Part shown: positions 1 through 8,233 of the stretch, in pieces
Layout of the letters: every line of letters begins with the position of its first letter
Position numbering within the stretch: position 1 is the first letter of the stretch
NCBI GenBank assembly: GCA_903832035.1
Contig: CAILAD010000001.1
Coordinates: 1 to 42,820 of the forward strand
DNA length: 42,820 nt
Source: an uncultured bacterium
GTDB taxonomy: Bacteria > Patescibacteriota > Saccharimonadia > CAILAD01 > BJGX01
Direction: 5' to 3'
Translations under genes and position numbers: made by a program
The notes under the pieces: generated by a model
Told to the model about the DNA's origin: nothing
Database searches by the model: none
The model's input: only the letters and a program-made list of their open reading frames with translations

Positions 1-6
1 GGAGAG

Positions 7-1311
7 ATGACAGGTAGGAATAAGAAGTCAAAGAAATCAAAATCTTCAGATAGCTTCAAAAAGCAACATATTAGTTTTGACGGTGATAACCCAGAAGAAG
101 ATAACCCTCAAAATGAGCCATTAAATACCCCGAAAAATTTAAATAGAGGACCCAAGATCCCAAACTACCTAGGCCTTAATAAGAAAATTGGCGTAGCTAT
201 AGCCGTTGTAGTAGGCTTAATTCTATTGGTACTGGCCTATTCATTCCTCCCAACCTCTAAGGTTACTTTGCTCACTAAGGCCCAGAAGACTCCCATAAAC
301 GTTAAATTTCAGCTAGATTCAACAACACGCAATTCAAGTTATACCCAGGGGATTATTGCTGCTAATAAGCTTAGTATGTCAAAAGATTTAAGTGCACAAT
401 ACACGGCCACAGGTAAAAAAGACATAGGTACAAAGTCTAATGGAAGTGTGACAATTGATAATTGTGACGATACCTCATCACATTCCTTACCTGCAGGAAG
501 TAAACTTACGGCATCAGGCAAAACATTTATTACTAATAATACAGTTACTATCCCTGCTGGTACCGCGGGAGGTGGAGTGGTTATATGCCCTAGTCTTAGT
601 CATGTTGTCGTTGGTATTACTGCCTTAGAATCGGGAGATAGTTATAATTTACCCTCTACAATCTTCAGCCTGAGCGGATTTTCTAGTCACTATAGGGTTG
701 TGGGTTCGACTGGTGGCGGAACTAGTCAGGTTGTGACCGTTGTCACTCAAGCAGACATCGATAAAGCAAAAAATGAGATGATCGATACTGCTAGCCAAAA
801 TGCCAAGCAAGATGTTGAGTCTAAGGCCAGTAATGATGAGAAAGTATTTCCAGAAACATTCTCATCAGAAGTAGCTAGTGTTAATACTACATCAGCTGTA
901 GACAGTCAAAGTTCGGGCGGTACAGTTAGTGCCAAAGTTAGTTACACTGAACTTTCTGCTACCAATTCTGACTTAGATAAATTATTTTCAGAACAAATAA
1001 AAACTCAGATACCTGGAAATGATCAGATTTATCAGAGCGGATACACAGACTCTAAGTATGCTGCTAAAGCAGATTCACCCACACAGGCCAGCGTTCAGGC
1101 AGTAGGTTTTGCATACTACGGCCAATCTATAGATACTTCACAGGTGGCAAGGGCCCTTAGTGGTAAGACAAAGAAAGATGCGACTAGCATAGTTTCAGCT
1201 AAGTACCCACAAGTAACAGAGGCACTGGTCGATAACAGTCTGCCTCTTGCACCAAATCTTCCATTCATAGCGAGCAGAATAAAGGTAGAAATAAAGGTAA
1301 ACACAGATTGA
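7..1311 (+). CDS. Membrane-anchored protein with baseplate J/gp47-like domain (CPR-type); possibly 5'-truncated by the window
   Basis: Charged N-region, one TM helix (IGVAIAVVVGLILLVLAYSFL), then ATGKKDIGTKSNGSVTI...LPAGSKL...GGGTSQ...VTQADIDKAK, resembling CPR baseplate-J-like proteins; the frame is open back to base 1. Confidence 0.55.
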   Translation: MTGRNKKSKKSKSSDSFKKQHISFDGDNPEEDNPQNEPLNTPKNLNRGPKIPNYLGLNKKIGVAIAVVVGLILLVLAYSFLPTSKVTLLTKAQKTPINVKFQLDSTTRNSSYTQGIIAANKLSMSKDLSAQYTATGKKDIGTKSNGSVTIDNCDDTSSHSLPAGSKLTASGKTFITNNTVTIPAGTAGGGVVICPSLSHVVVGITALESGDSYNLPSTIFSLSGFSSHYRVVGSTGGGTSQVVTVVTQADIDKAKNEMIDTASQNAKQDVESKASNDEKVFPETFSSEVASVNTTSAVDSQSSGGTVSAKVSYTELSATNSDLDKLFSEQIKTQIPGNDQIYQSGYTDSKYAAKADSPTQASVQAVGFAYYGQSIDTSQVARALSGKTKKDATSIVSAKYPQVTEALVDNSLPLAPNLPFIASRIKVEIKVNTD

Positions 1312-1697
1312 AAAAATGTATATTATCTTTCGATTATGGTGAGTCACGCATCGGAGTTGCAATCTATGAAGACGGAGAGACAAAACCACTCCAAACGATT
1401 CAGTCTAGTGAATTATGGCCTACAATTACAGAGCTCATATTGGACTATAAGCCTGATGAACTTGTGGTAGGTAGACCCAGAAACATGAACGGCGACCCAA
1501 CTCGACAGACAGATTTGGCAAAAGCTTTTGCAGATAGCCTAGCCCAAGTCACTCAACTGCCGGTCTCACTGCAAGATGAGGCGCTTAGCTCAGAAAGAGC
1601 ACTAGACAGGATAGGTAAAAAAACTACAATTAAAGAAAGAAAAAGAATAATAGATCAAATCGCTGCGCAAATAATATTAGAGGACTATCTCTCATGA
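1308..1697 (+). CDS. ruvX: YqgF/RuvX family nuclease (pre-16S rRNA maturation)
   Basis: FDYGESRIGVA, VVGRP, QDEALSS, IDQIAAQIILE motifs; TTG start overlaps the upstream TGA. Confidence 0.92.
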   Translation: MKKCILSFDYGESRIGVAIYEDGETKPLQTIQSSELWPTITELILDYKPDELVVGRPRNMNGDPTRQTDLAKAFADSLAQVTQLPVSLQDEALSSERALDRIGKKTTIKERKRIIDQIAAQIILEDYLS

Positions 1698-2785
1698 GAC
1701 CTACAGAAGATACCACTAAATCTGAAAATGAAGACCCAAAGTTAGTTTCAGATCAGAAAGAGGAGGTCGTACCAATAAAACCAATTAAAAATTCTCATAC
1801 ACTAAAAATATTTTTTATATTGTTTGGCCTAATTATATTGATGGTTATTTCTGCTCTTGGATGGTTTTTTATACAACTTACATCGGTTCGAGACAACGTG
1901 TCCGTAAATGGGGAAATTATTATAATTGATCAAGGTAATGGAATATCAAGTATCGCGGATAAGCTGAAGCAGAAGAGTCTAATTTCAGACAAGAATGTTT
2001 TTATTATTTACGCCAAGTTTGGACCAGCCCACGGTAAGTTACAGCCAGGACCATACTTAATAAAGCCAACTAGCTCTATCTTACAGATTGTTTCAGATAT
2101 GTCTTCAGGTAAGATTGCTGTCAATAAAATAACTTTTCCTGAAGGAATTACTATTAAAGAAATGGCAAAGAGATGGGCTAATTCGGGCTATGGTACCCAA
2201 GAAGAATTTATCGCATCAGCACGTAGGATTTCGAATGACTACCCATTTGTTCCCTCAATAAGTAAAGACAACCCGGAGGGCTATTTATTCCCAGCAACCT
2301 ACACATTTAATGCAGGTGGCTCAGTCGACACTGTAATTAAGAAGCAGTTCGAGGCCTTCAATCTTTACGCCCTACCCTTACTTCAAGGAAATAGACCGGC
2401 TGGATTATCCCAAAACCAGGTCCTGGCACTAGCCTCTATAGTTGAAAAAGAAGCACTAACTGACGTAGACAGAAAAATGGTCGCTGGGGTATTTGTAAAT
2501 AGAATTAATCTAGGTATGAAACTAGAAAGTGATGTTACGGTTAATTACGCCACCGGTAAGACACAGACTTCTGCGTTTGATATTTCTGTAGTATCGCCAT
2601 ATAACACATACAGTGTCGTAGGGTTGCCCCCTACACCTATAAACAATCCAGGTACAAGTTCAATCTCGGCCGTAATGAATTACACAAAATCAGATAATAT
2701 ATTTTTCCTTGCGGGCAATGATGGAGTTATATATTATGCAACAAATCTTCAAAAACACAACGAAAATATAAAAAACCACCTATAA
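1694..2785 (+). CDS. mltG: Endolytic transglycosylase MltG
   Basis: Single TM; TFPEG, EGYLFPATY, ASIVEKE (catalytic Glu), LESDVTV, SPYNTY, GLPPTPINNPG. Confidence 0.95.
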   Translation: MRPTEDTTKSENEDPKLVSDQKEEVVPIKPIKNSHTLKIFFILFGLIILMVISALGWFFIQLTSVRDNVSVNGEIIIIDQGNGISSIADKLKQKSLISDKNVFIIYAKFGPAHGKLQPGPYLIKPTSSILQIVSDMSSGKIAVNKITFPEGITIKEMAKRWANSGYGTQEEFIASARRISNDYPFVPSISKDNPEGYLFPATYTFNAGGSVDTVIKKQFEAFNLYALPLLQGNRPAGLSQNQVLALASIVEKEALTDVDRKMVAGVFVNRINLGMKLESDVTVNYATGKTQTSAFDISVVSPYNTYSVVGLPPTPINNPGTSSISAVMNYTKSDNIFFLAGNDGVIYYATNLQKHNENIKNHL

Positions 2786-2824
2786 ACTATCATTTTTTAC
2801 CTTCACCAAAGCATAAAATAGCTA

Positions 2825-2853
2825 TTGCAGGCATTGATCTAGCGTGGTAGTAT
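2825..2853 (+). promoter_or_regulatory. sigma70-type promoter for the LysM-CHAP gene
   Basis: TTGCAG-17 nt-TAGTAT with extended -10 TG. Confidence 0.6.
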
Positions 2854-2859
2854 ATGAGA

Positions 2860-3059
2860 CGTACTCTTTCAAGGATAAGCAGTGTTTACTACCTGCATGA
2901 TTAAGGTTTGTGAGCTTATCCCTGCAAGTGTTCCTGTGACAACTTATCAGATTAGGGAATAATAATAATAACCTTAGGTCGAACTTCCTTGTCTCACAGT
3001 GTGAGAGCCAGATAAGCCACAGATGTTTCTCTATCATCGATAGAGAAAGGGAGAAATGT
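2860..3059 (+). ncRNA. Candidate structured cis-regulatory 5' leader RNA
   Basis: Complementary segments: 2873-2880/2914-2921, 2906-2920/3011-3024, 2902-2908/2970-2976, 2870-2875/2986-2991, and a perfect hairpin at 3026-3048 next to the SD. Confidence 0.55.
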
Positions 3060-3074
3060 ATTAGTAAAAAGATA

Positions 3075-4238
3075 ATGGGCTTGCCCCTTCAAGTGCGTAG
3101 TGAAAAGTTCACTAGCGTGGGTCAACCAGAAACTTTTACCAAAACAAACAGATCTTCTGATAACACAGAAGTTTCCCGTACTCAAAGACAAATAGAATCT
3201 ATAAAATCAGCCACTAGGAAAAAAATAGGCAAGAACAGTGGTGTGAGCAGATTTATGCTACACGCAGGTTTTATTGCAATTATCGTTGTGGCAGTTAGTG
3301 CTGGCAGAGTAAATTCACAATCCAGTCTAATTTCTACCAATTCAAATAATACAGCTAGCGACAAGTCTTCACTTATAACTACTGGCGCTGTATTGGCTGA
3401 AGGCTCATCTTCTATGATTTCCTCAGATCTTAGCCAAAAAGCCAAAGATATAAGCTCTCAGAGCAACCTTACTACGTCTGGGGACGATTTCTTGTCTAAA
3501 AAGCAGCCAGTAACAGCTGCAGGTGCCCCGAGCCGTGACATCCTTACTTACGTAGTGAAGGACGGCGACACTATTAGCTCATTATCATCTAAGTTTAATA
3601 TTACTACCGATACAATCAAGTGGGCTAACAATATAGTCGATGAGAATAACCTAAAACCAGGAGCTCAACTAGTTATACTACCGGTATCTGGAGTTCTTTA
3701 TACCGGAACAGGTAATGACGACCTCAATAACTTGGCTTCAACCTATCAGGCAAACCCCTCCATTATAGATAGCTTTAATATGTTGGATGGTAAGTCTCCT
3801 GCTAGTGGGCAGAAGATAGTTATCCCTGATGGTGTTAAACCTGCTGCTGCTCCAGTGTCTGCGGTAACTCAGTTAGCAGCAACAGGCAGTAATCAAAAAT
3901 CAGGTCCAGCCATCTCATACAGCCTTAGGTCTTCAAATGGCAATACCTATGCATATGGTTACTGTACCTGGTATGTGGCCAATCGAAGGTACGTTCCAGG
4001 AATGCTTGGCAATGCTAATCAATGGCCATACAATGCCCCAAGGGCCGGAATGAGTGTAGGTAGCACCCCAGTTGCCGGCGCAGCAGGCGTAGTCCGTTGG
4101 GGAAACCACGTAGTTTATATTGAAAGTGTTAGTGGCGATGGCAGAACAGTGTACTATACAGAAATGAATGGTCCTGCAGGTTGGGGTAGAGTAAATACAG
4201 GAAGCGCCCCAGCTAGCAACTTTACCTATGTTTATTAA
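3075..4238 (+). CDS. Membrane-anchored LysM(x2)-CHAP peptidoglycan hydrolase (true start may be ATT at 3060)
   Basis: TM segment; LysM repeats (YVVKDGDTISSLSSKF...LKPGAQLVI and a degenerate second copy); CHAP motifs YGYCTWYV, GNANQW, HVVYIE, EMN. Confidence 0.9.
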   Translation: MGLPLQVRSEKFTSVGQPETFTKTNRSSDNTEVSRTQRQIESIKSATRKKIGKNSGVSRFMLHAGFIAIIVVAVSAGRVNSQSSLISTNSNNTASDKSSLITTGAVLAEGSSSMISSDLSQKAKDISSQSNLTTSGDDFLSKKQPVTAAGAPSRDILTYVVKDGDTISSLSSKFNITTDTIKWANNIVDENNLKPGAQLVILPVSGVLYTGTGNDDLNNLASTYQANPSIIDSFNMLDGKSPASGQKIVIPDGVKPAAAPVSAVTQLAATGSNQKSGPAISYSLRSSNGNTYAYGYCTWYVANRRYVPGMLGNANQWPYNAPRAGMSVGSTPVAGAAGVVRWGNHVVYIESVSGDGRTVYYTEMNGPAGWGRVNTGSAPASNFTYVY

Positions 4239-4239
4239 C

Positions 4240-4274
4240 AAATAGTGGTAACTTTCAAAAGTTACCACTATTTT
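4240..4274 (+). terminator. Rho-independent terminator
   Basis: AAATAGTGGTAACTT-TCAA-AAGTTACCACTATTT followed by T. Confidence 0.85.
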
Positions 4275-4292
4275 ATTGCCCCCATTATTTAA

Positions 4293-4321
4293 TTGAAATT
4301 TATGTATAAATATGTTATATT
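4293..4321 (+). promoter_or_regulatory. obgE promoter (leaderless type)
   Basis: TTGAAA-17-TATATT with TGn; ATG 6 nt downstream, no SD. Confidence 0.65.
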
Positions 4322-4327
4322 AGGGTC

Positions 4328-5590
4328 ATGTTTACAGATATAGCAATTATAAAAGCCCAGGCCGGTAAGGGCGGCGATGGGTTAGTAAGCTTTCACAGAA
4401 CACGTGGTAACGCCAAGGGAGGTCCGGATGGTGGTGATGGCGGAAAAGGTGGAAGCATTATAGTACGAGCAAGCCATAATACTAGTACCCTATCAAGGTA
4501 CAGGAGTAGTAAGGTTTTTGGTGCTGAGAATGGACAACAAGGCAGTGGAAACAACCGACATGGCAAGAATGGCCTAGATGTAACCTTGTTCGTACCACCA
4601 GGTACTATCGTCAAGGAAGGTACCGAAGAAATTGCAGATTTAGTCTATGATGGTCAAGAGGCTATCGTCTGCAGTGGTGGAGATGGTGGTTTCGGTAATG
4701 CCCACTTCAAGAGCTCTATTAGGCAATCTCCAAATATGGCAGAACTAGGTGAACTAGGCGAAGCCAAAGATCTGACACTAGAATTAAAACTTGTTGCCGA
4801 TGTAGGGCTGGTTGGACTTCCAAATGCAGGTAAAAGTACGCTATTAAGCATGGTCAGCGCAGCAAAGCCTGAAATCGCAAACTATGAGTTCACTACTCTA
4901 GTGCCAAATCTCGGAGTTGTTGATGTCGACGACAAAAGTTTCCTACTCGCCGATATTCCTGGGCTAATTGAAGGAGCAAGTCAAGGCAAGGGCTTGGGTA
5001 TGGAGTTCTTACGCCACATTGAGAGATGTAAAATAATAATTCATCTGGTAGATGTAAACTCTCCTGACATCGTGAAAGACTATGAAACGATTCGTTCAGA
5101 ACTAAGAAATTATGATGTTGATTTAAGTTCTATCCCATTTATCATCGCGATCACTAAAACTGAGACTGTTCCAGAAGATGTGGTTAAAAAAGCAGTTACA
5201 ACGCTCACTAAACACACTAAAATAAGTTCGAAACTAGTACACTCGATATCTGCTGTAAGGGAAATGGGCCTAATCAGTCTGATGAGAGAAGCAAATAGTT
5301 TACTGCAGGAACTAGAAAAGAAAGTTTCTAAAGTGGAGGAGACTGAAGAAATTCCAGTAATTGGACTTAACGAGAATCTTGGGTGGAGTGTCGATAAAGA
5401 TGAAGAGAAGTATTTTGTAAGAGGGGAAGAGGTAGAACGTTTTGCTAGGAGAACCAATTATTCACAAAGTGATGGCTTGCGCAGACTAAAGCATATTCTT
5501 AAAAAGAAGGGTGTTTACAAGGAGCTCAGAAGGATTGGCGCGGAAGAAGGAGATACTATATCAATCGCATCAAAAGACTTTAAGTGGTAA
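4328..5590 (+). CDS. obgE: GTPase ObgE/CgtA
   Basis: Gly-rich Obg fold, GLPNAGKS, YEFTT, DIPG, C-terminal Obg extension. Confidence 0.97.
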   Translation: MFTDIAIIKAQAGKGGDGLVSFHRTRGNAKGGPDGGDGGKGGSIIVRASHNTSTLSRYRSSKVFGAENGQQGSGNNRHGKNGLDVTLFVPPGTIVKEGTEEIADLVYDGQEAIVCSGGDGGFGNAHFKSSIRQSPNMAELGELGEAKDLTLELKLVADVGLVGLPNAGKSTLLSMVSAAKPEIANYEFTTLVPNLGVVDVDDKSFLLADIPGLIEGASQGKGLGMEFLRHIERCKIIIHLVDVNSPDIVKDYETIRSELRNYDVDLSSIPFIIAITKTETVPEDVVKKAVTTLTKHTKISSKLVHSISAVREMGLISLMREANSLLQELEKKVSKVEETEEIPVIGLNENLGWSVDKDEEKYFVRGEEVERFARRTNYSQSDGLRRLKHILKKKGVYKELRRIGAEEGDTISIASKDFKW

Positions 5591-5592
5591 GT

Positions 5593-6153
5593 ATGATTAG
5601 TATAAAAGTTGATAATATAACTTTAGAGTGCGAGACTAAGCCTGATCTCTTCTCACCGAAGGGCTTGGATTCAGGTAGTCGGCTTTTACTAGATAATGTC
5701 TTAAAGTCTACCAATAATTACGAAAGCGTTATTGACTGGGGTTCTGGATGGGGTGCAATTGGCCTAGTATTGGCCAAAAATAAACCCTCCTCAAGAGTAC
5801 TTGCGATAGATTCCGACATTGCCGCCGTAGCTTGTACCCAAAGTAATATAGAGCTTAATAATCTAGATAATATTAGGGTAGTAGCGAGTCATGGCTATGA
5901 CCAAATAGAAGATGATACCAGGTTTGACTTGGTGGTCTCAAATCCACCCACACATAGAGGCAGGGAGGTTGTTGAGAGATTTATCTCCGAGAGTTACGAG
6001 AGACTCACAATTGAAGGCAATATGTTTGTTGTGGTTGAGTCAAGACTCAAACCATGGGTTTTTAGGAAGATGAAAGAAGTATTCTCAGAATGTAGGATAG
6101 TAGACAGGGGATCAAAGCATGTAGTCCTGTCATCCACAAAGATGGTACAATAG
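5593..6153 (+). CDS. RsmC-like small SAM-dependent methyltransferase
   Basis: LFSPKGLDSGSRLL, DWGSGWG, SNPP motifs; ATG at 5593 preferred over GTG at 5584. Confidence 0.85.
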   Translation: MISIKVDNITLECETKPDLFSPKGLDSGSRLLLDNVLKSTNNYESVIDWGSGWGAIGLVLAKNKPSSRVLAIDSDIAAVACTQSNIELNNLDNIRVVASHGYDQIEDDTRFDLVVSNPPTHRGREVVERFISESYERLTIEGNMFVVVESRLKPWVFRKMKEVFSECRIVDRGSKHVVLSSTKMVQ

Positions 6154-6158
6154 AGCTA

Positions 6159-6362
6159 ATGGAAAAGCACCAAACTCATCATGATCATGCCAGTGAATAT
6201 TTTAAAAAAGAAATTAATCAAGAAGATATTTCTAAGTCTGCACACTACACCTTTAGAGACGGATTTAGGCTTGGTTTTGGTGTATTTGTAGGGCTTTTAC
6301 TTGGTAGCGTAATCATGATCATTATTGTCTACGCTTTAAACTATGTATTCCACGCCCTATAG
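6159..6362 (+). CDS. Small membrane protein, unknown function
   Basis: C-terminal Gly-rich TM helix; TGGTACAAT -10 box 7 nt upstream of the ATG. Confidence 0.7.
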   Translation: MEKHQTHHDHASEYFKKEINQEDISKSAHYTFRDGFRLGFGVFVGLLLGSVIMIIIVYALNYVFHAL

Positions 6363-6363
6363 A

Positions 6364-6392
6364 TTGAAATAGGGTGTTTTTTAAGGTATAAT
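6364..6392 (+). promoter_or_regulatory. tRNA-Ala promoter
   Basis: TTGAAA-17-TATAAT. Confidence 0.75.
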
Positions 6393-6406
6393 TGTCATTG
6401 ATTTTC

Positions 6407-6482
6407 GGGGCATTGGCGCAGTTGGTAGCGCGCATCCATGGCATGGATGAGGTCATCGGTTCGAACCCGATATGCTCCACCA
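6407..6482 (+). tRNA. tRNA-Ala (GGC)
   Basis: 76-nt cloverleaf; anticodon arm CATCC-ATGGCAT-GGATG; TTCGAAC T-loop; encoded CCA. Confidence 0.97.
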
Positions 6483-6504
6483 GAAATTATAAAAAAAGGA
6501 AATT

Positions 6505-6942
6505 ATGGAAACTGTAAAAAATGTGACATCAAAGGCTGCAAAGCAAGCTCAAGAACAGGCCCACAGACACGCGAATGGCTTCTTGGAGTTTGTTCGTGAA
6601 CAAGGGGTTATTACACTAGCAGTAGGATTTATATTAGCCGCAGCAGTAACCAAGACTGTTAATTCTCTTGTCACAGACATAATTAACCCCCTCATGGGTG
6701 TGATGCTAGGCAAGGTTAATCTCTCGAGTGCGACATGGCAGGTGGGCGGGTCAACATTAGCCTGGGGTAATTTTGTCAGCTCGTTAATTGATTTTATGGT
6801 TATCGCCATAGTTGTATATGTAGGTTTCAAGGTTCTTAAACTTGATAGGTTAGACATAGATAAAAAGAAACGTGAGAAAGAAACAGAAGAGGCTTTAAAA
6901 TCAGAAGATAAGTCGTCTAAGTCGACTAAAAAAAGTAAATAA
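6505..6942 (+). CDS. mscL: Large-conductance mechanosensitive channel
   Basis: FLEFVREQGVITLAVGFILAAAVTKTVNSLVTDIINP; WGNFVSSLIDF; AAGGA SD. Confidence 0.9.
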   Translation: METVKNVTSKAAKQAQEQAHRHANGFLEFVREQGVITLAVGFILAAAVTKTVNSLVTDIINPLMGVMLGKVNLSSATWQVGGSTLAWGNFVSSLIDFMVIAIVVYVGFKVLKLDRLDIDKKKREKETEEALKSEDKSSKSTKKSK

Positions 6943-6947
6943 TTAAA

Positions 6948-8222
6948 ATGAGGAAAATAGCTAAGAGCTTAATATTCTCACGGTTGAACTCAAAGCTAAA
7001 GAAGCTCTTAGCAACTAAAGACATAACCATTATTGGTGTAACTGGTAGTGTCGGTAAAACGTCTACAAAATTTGCCATTGGCGAGGTCCTCAGCTCTACA
7101 AGAAAAGTTAGATACTCAACTGTAACCACAAATACTGATATAGAAGTAATGCTGAGTTTTTTCGGGATTAATACCCCGGTCAGGGGTTGGAGCGCATTAT
7201 CATGGAAGAAAGTGTTCTCTGACATAGATAATGAATTAGAAAATTATAGATTTGATACTGTAATAATTGAGTTTGCTGATGATAAACTCTCAAGCATGAG
7301 AAAAATACTTAAGACTGTCAAGCTCGACTATGGCGTGATATCTGGAATTGCACCAGTTCATATGGCTAAGATGTATGACATGCGCTCCATTGTTTACGCT
7401 AATTGGGCGATTGTATCTGGCGCAAATAAAATTATATTCAACTCTGATATTACTGCCCTAAGAAAGAAAGCTTACAAGGATAGGACGACAGGTTTTGGAT
7501 TACATCACGGAGATATTAGATTTAATAAAATATCTAGAAACAGATCTGGCTACTTGAAGGCAGAGCTTAGTATGGGCAGAAACAAGAAAATGGTACAAAC
7601 CAGAGTAATAGGTGAACAAAATTTGTATAGTCTTCTTGCCGCTGCAGCTATTGCGGGAGATATGGATATTCCATTTTCGGCGATTTGTTTTGAGTTAGAA
7701 AATATCAAATCTCTACCAGGCAGAATGAATCTACTCAAAGGTGTAAATGGGTCTAAATTAATAGATGACAGCTATGATTCCAGTCCAACTACAGTGATGT
7801 CTGGCCTAGATACTCTAAAAAAATTCCCAGGAAGAAAGATTGCTGTAATTGGAAGTATGGACGGGCTAGGTTCCGAACGCAGCAGCTTGCACCAAGAAGT
7901 GGGCGAGCACTGCTTCGGTATTATTGATGTGCTTGTTACTGTTGGTACTTTGGCTGAAGATTTTATAGCACCTTCAGCAGTTCGTGCAGGTATTAAAAAT
8001 GAGAATGTTAAGATGTTTAAGACTCCTTATGAAGCAGGTCATTATCTGAAAGGGATTATTAGAAAAAGTGATACAATATTGCTAGAGGGCGATAAGAATA
8101 TTTCATTTGTTGAAGAAGTTGCAAGAATTATTTTATCCCCAGAAATATCTTCTGAAACCAGCTTAATAAGGCAAGATAAGCAATGGAAGAGAAAGAAAAG
8201 AAATATTTTAAAATCCCTATAA
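6948..8222 (+). CDS. Divergent MurF-like Mur ligase
   Basis: GVTGSVGKT P-loop, LPGRMN, IDDSYDSSP, VIGSMDGLG; several canonical MurF residues are altered. Confidence 0.8.
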   Translation: MRKIAKSLIFSRLNSKLKKLLATKDITIIGVTGSVGKTSTKFAIGEVLSSTRKVRYSTVTTNTDIEVMLSFFGINTPVRGWSALSWKKVFSDIDNELENYRFDTVIIEFADDKLSSMRKILKTVKLDYGVISGIAPVHMAKMYDMRSIVYANWAIVSGANKIIFNSDITALRKKAYKDRTTGFGLHHGDIRFNKISRNRSGYLKAELSMGRNKKMVQTRVIGEQNLYSLLAAAAIAGDMDIPFSAICFELENIKSLPGRMNLLKGVNGSKLIDDSYDSSPTTVMSGLDTLKKFPGRKIAVIGSMDGLGSERSSLHQEVGEHCFGIIDVLVTVGTLAEDFIAPSAVRAGIKNENVKMFKTPYEAGHYLKGIIRKSDTILLEGDKNISFVEEVARIILSPEISSETSLIRQDKQWKRKKRNILKSL

Positions 8223-8233
8223 AGGAATACCCT

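Noticed and set aside
2860..3059. c-di-AMP (ydaO) or c-di-GMP riboswitch
   Set aside because: I could not find their hallmark consensus segments by eye; left as an unassigned leader
2822..3191. Minus-strand ORFs 2822-3037 and 2994-3191
   Set aside because: No recognisable motifs; they lie antisense to the promoter, leader and LysM gene
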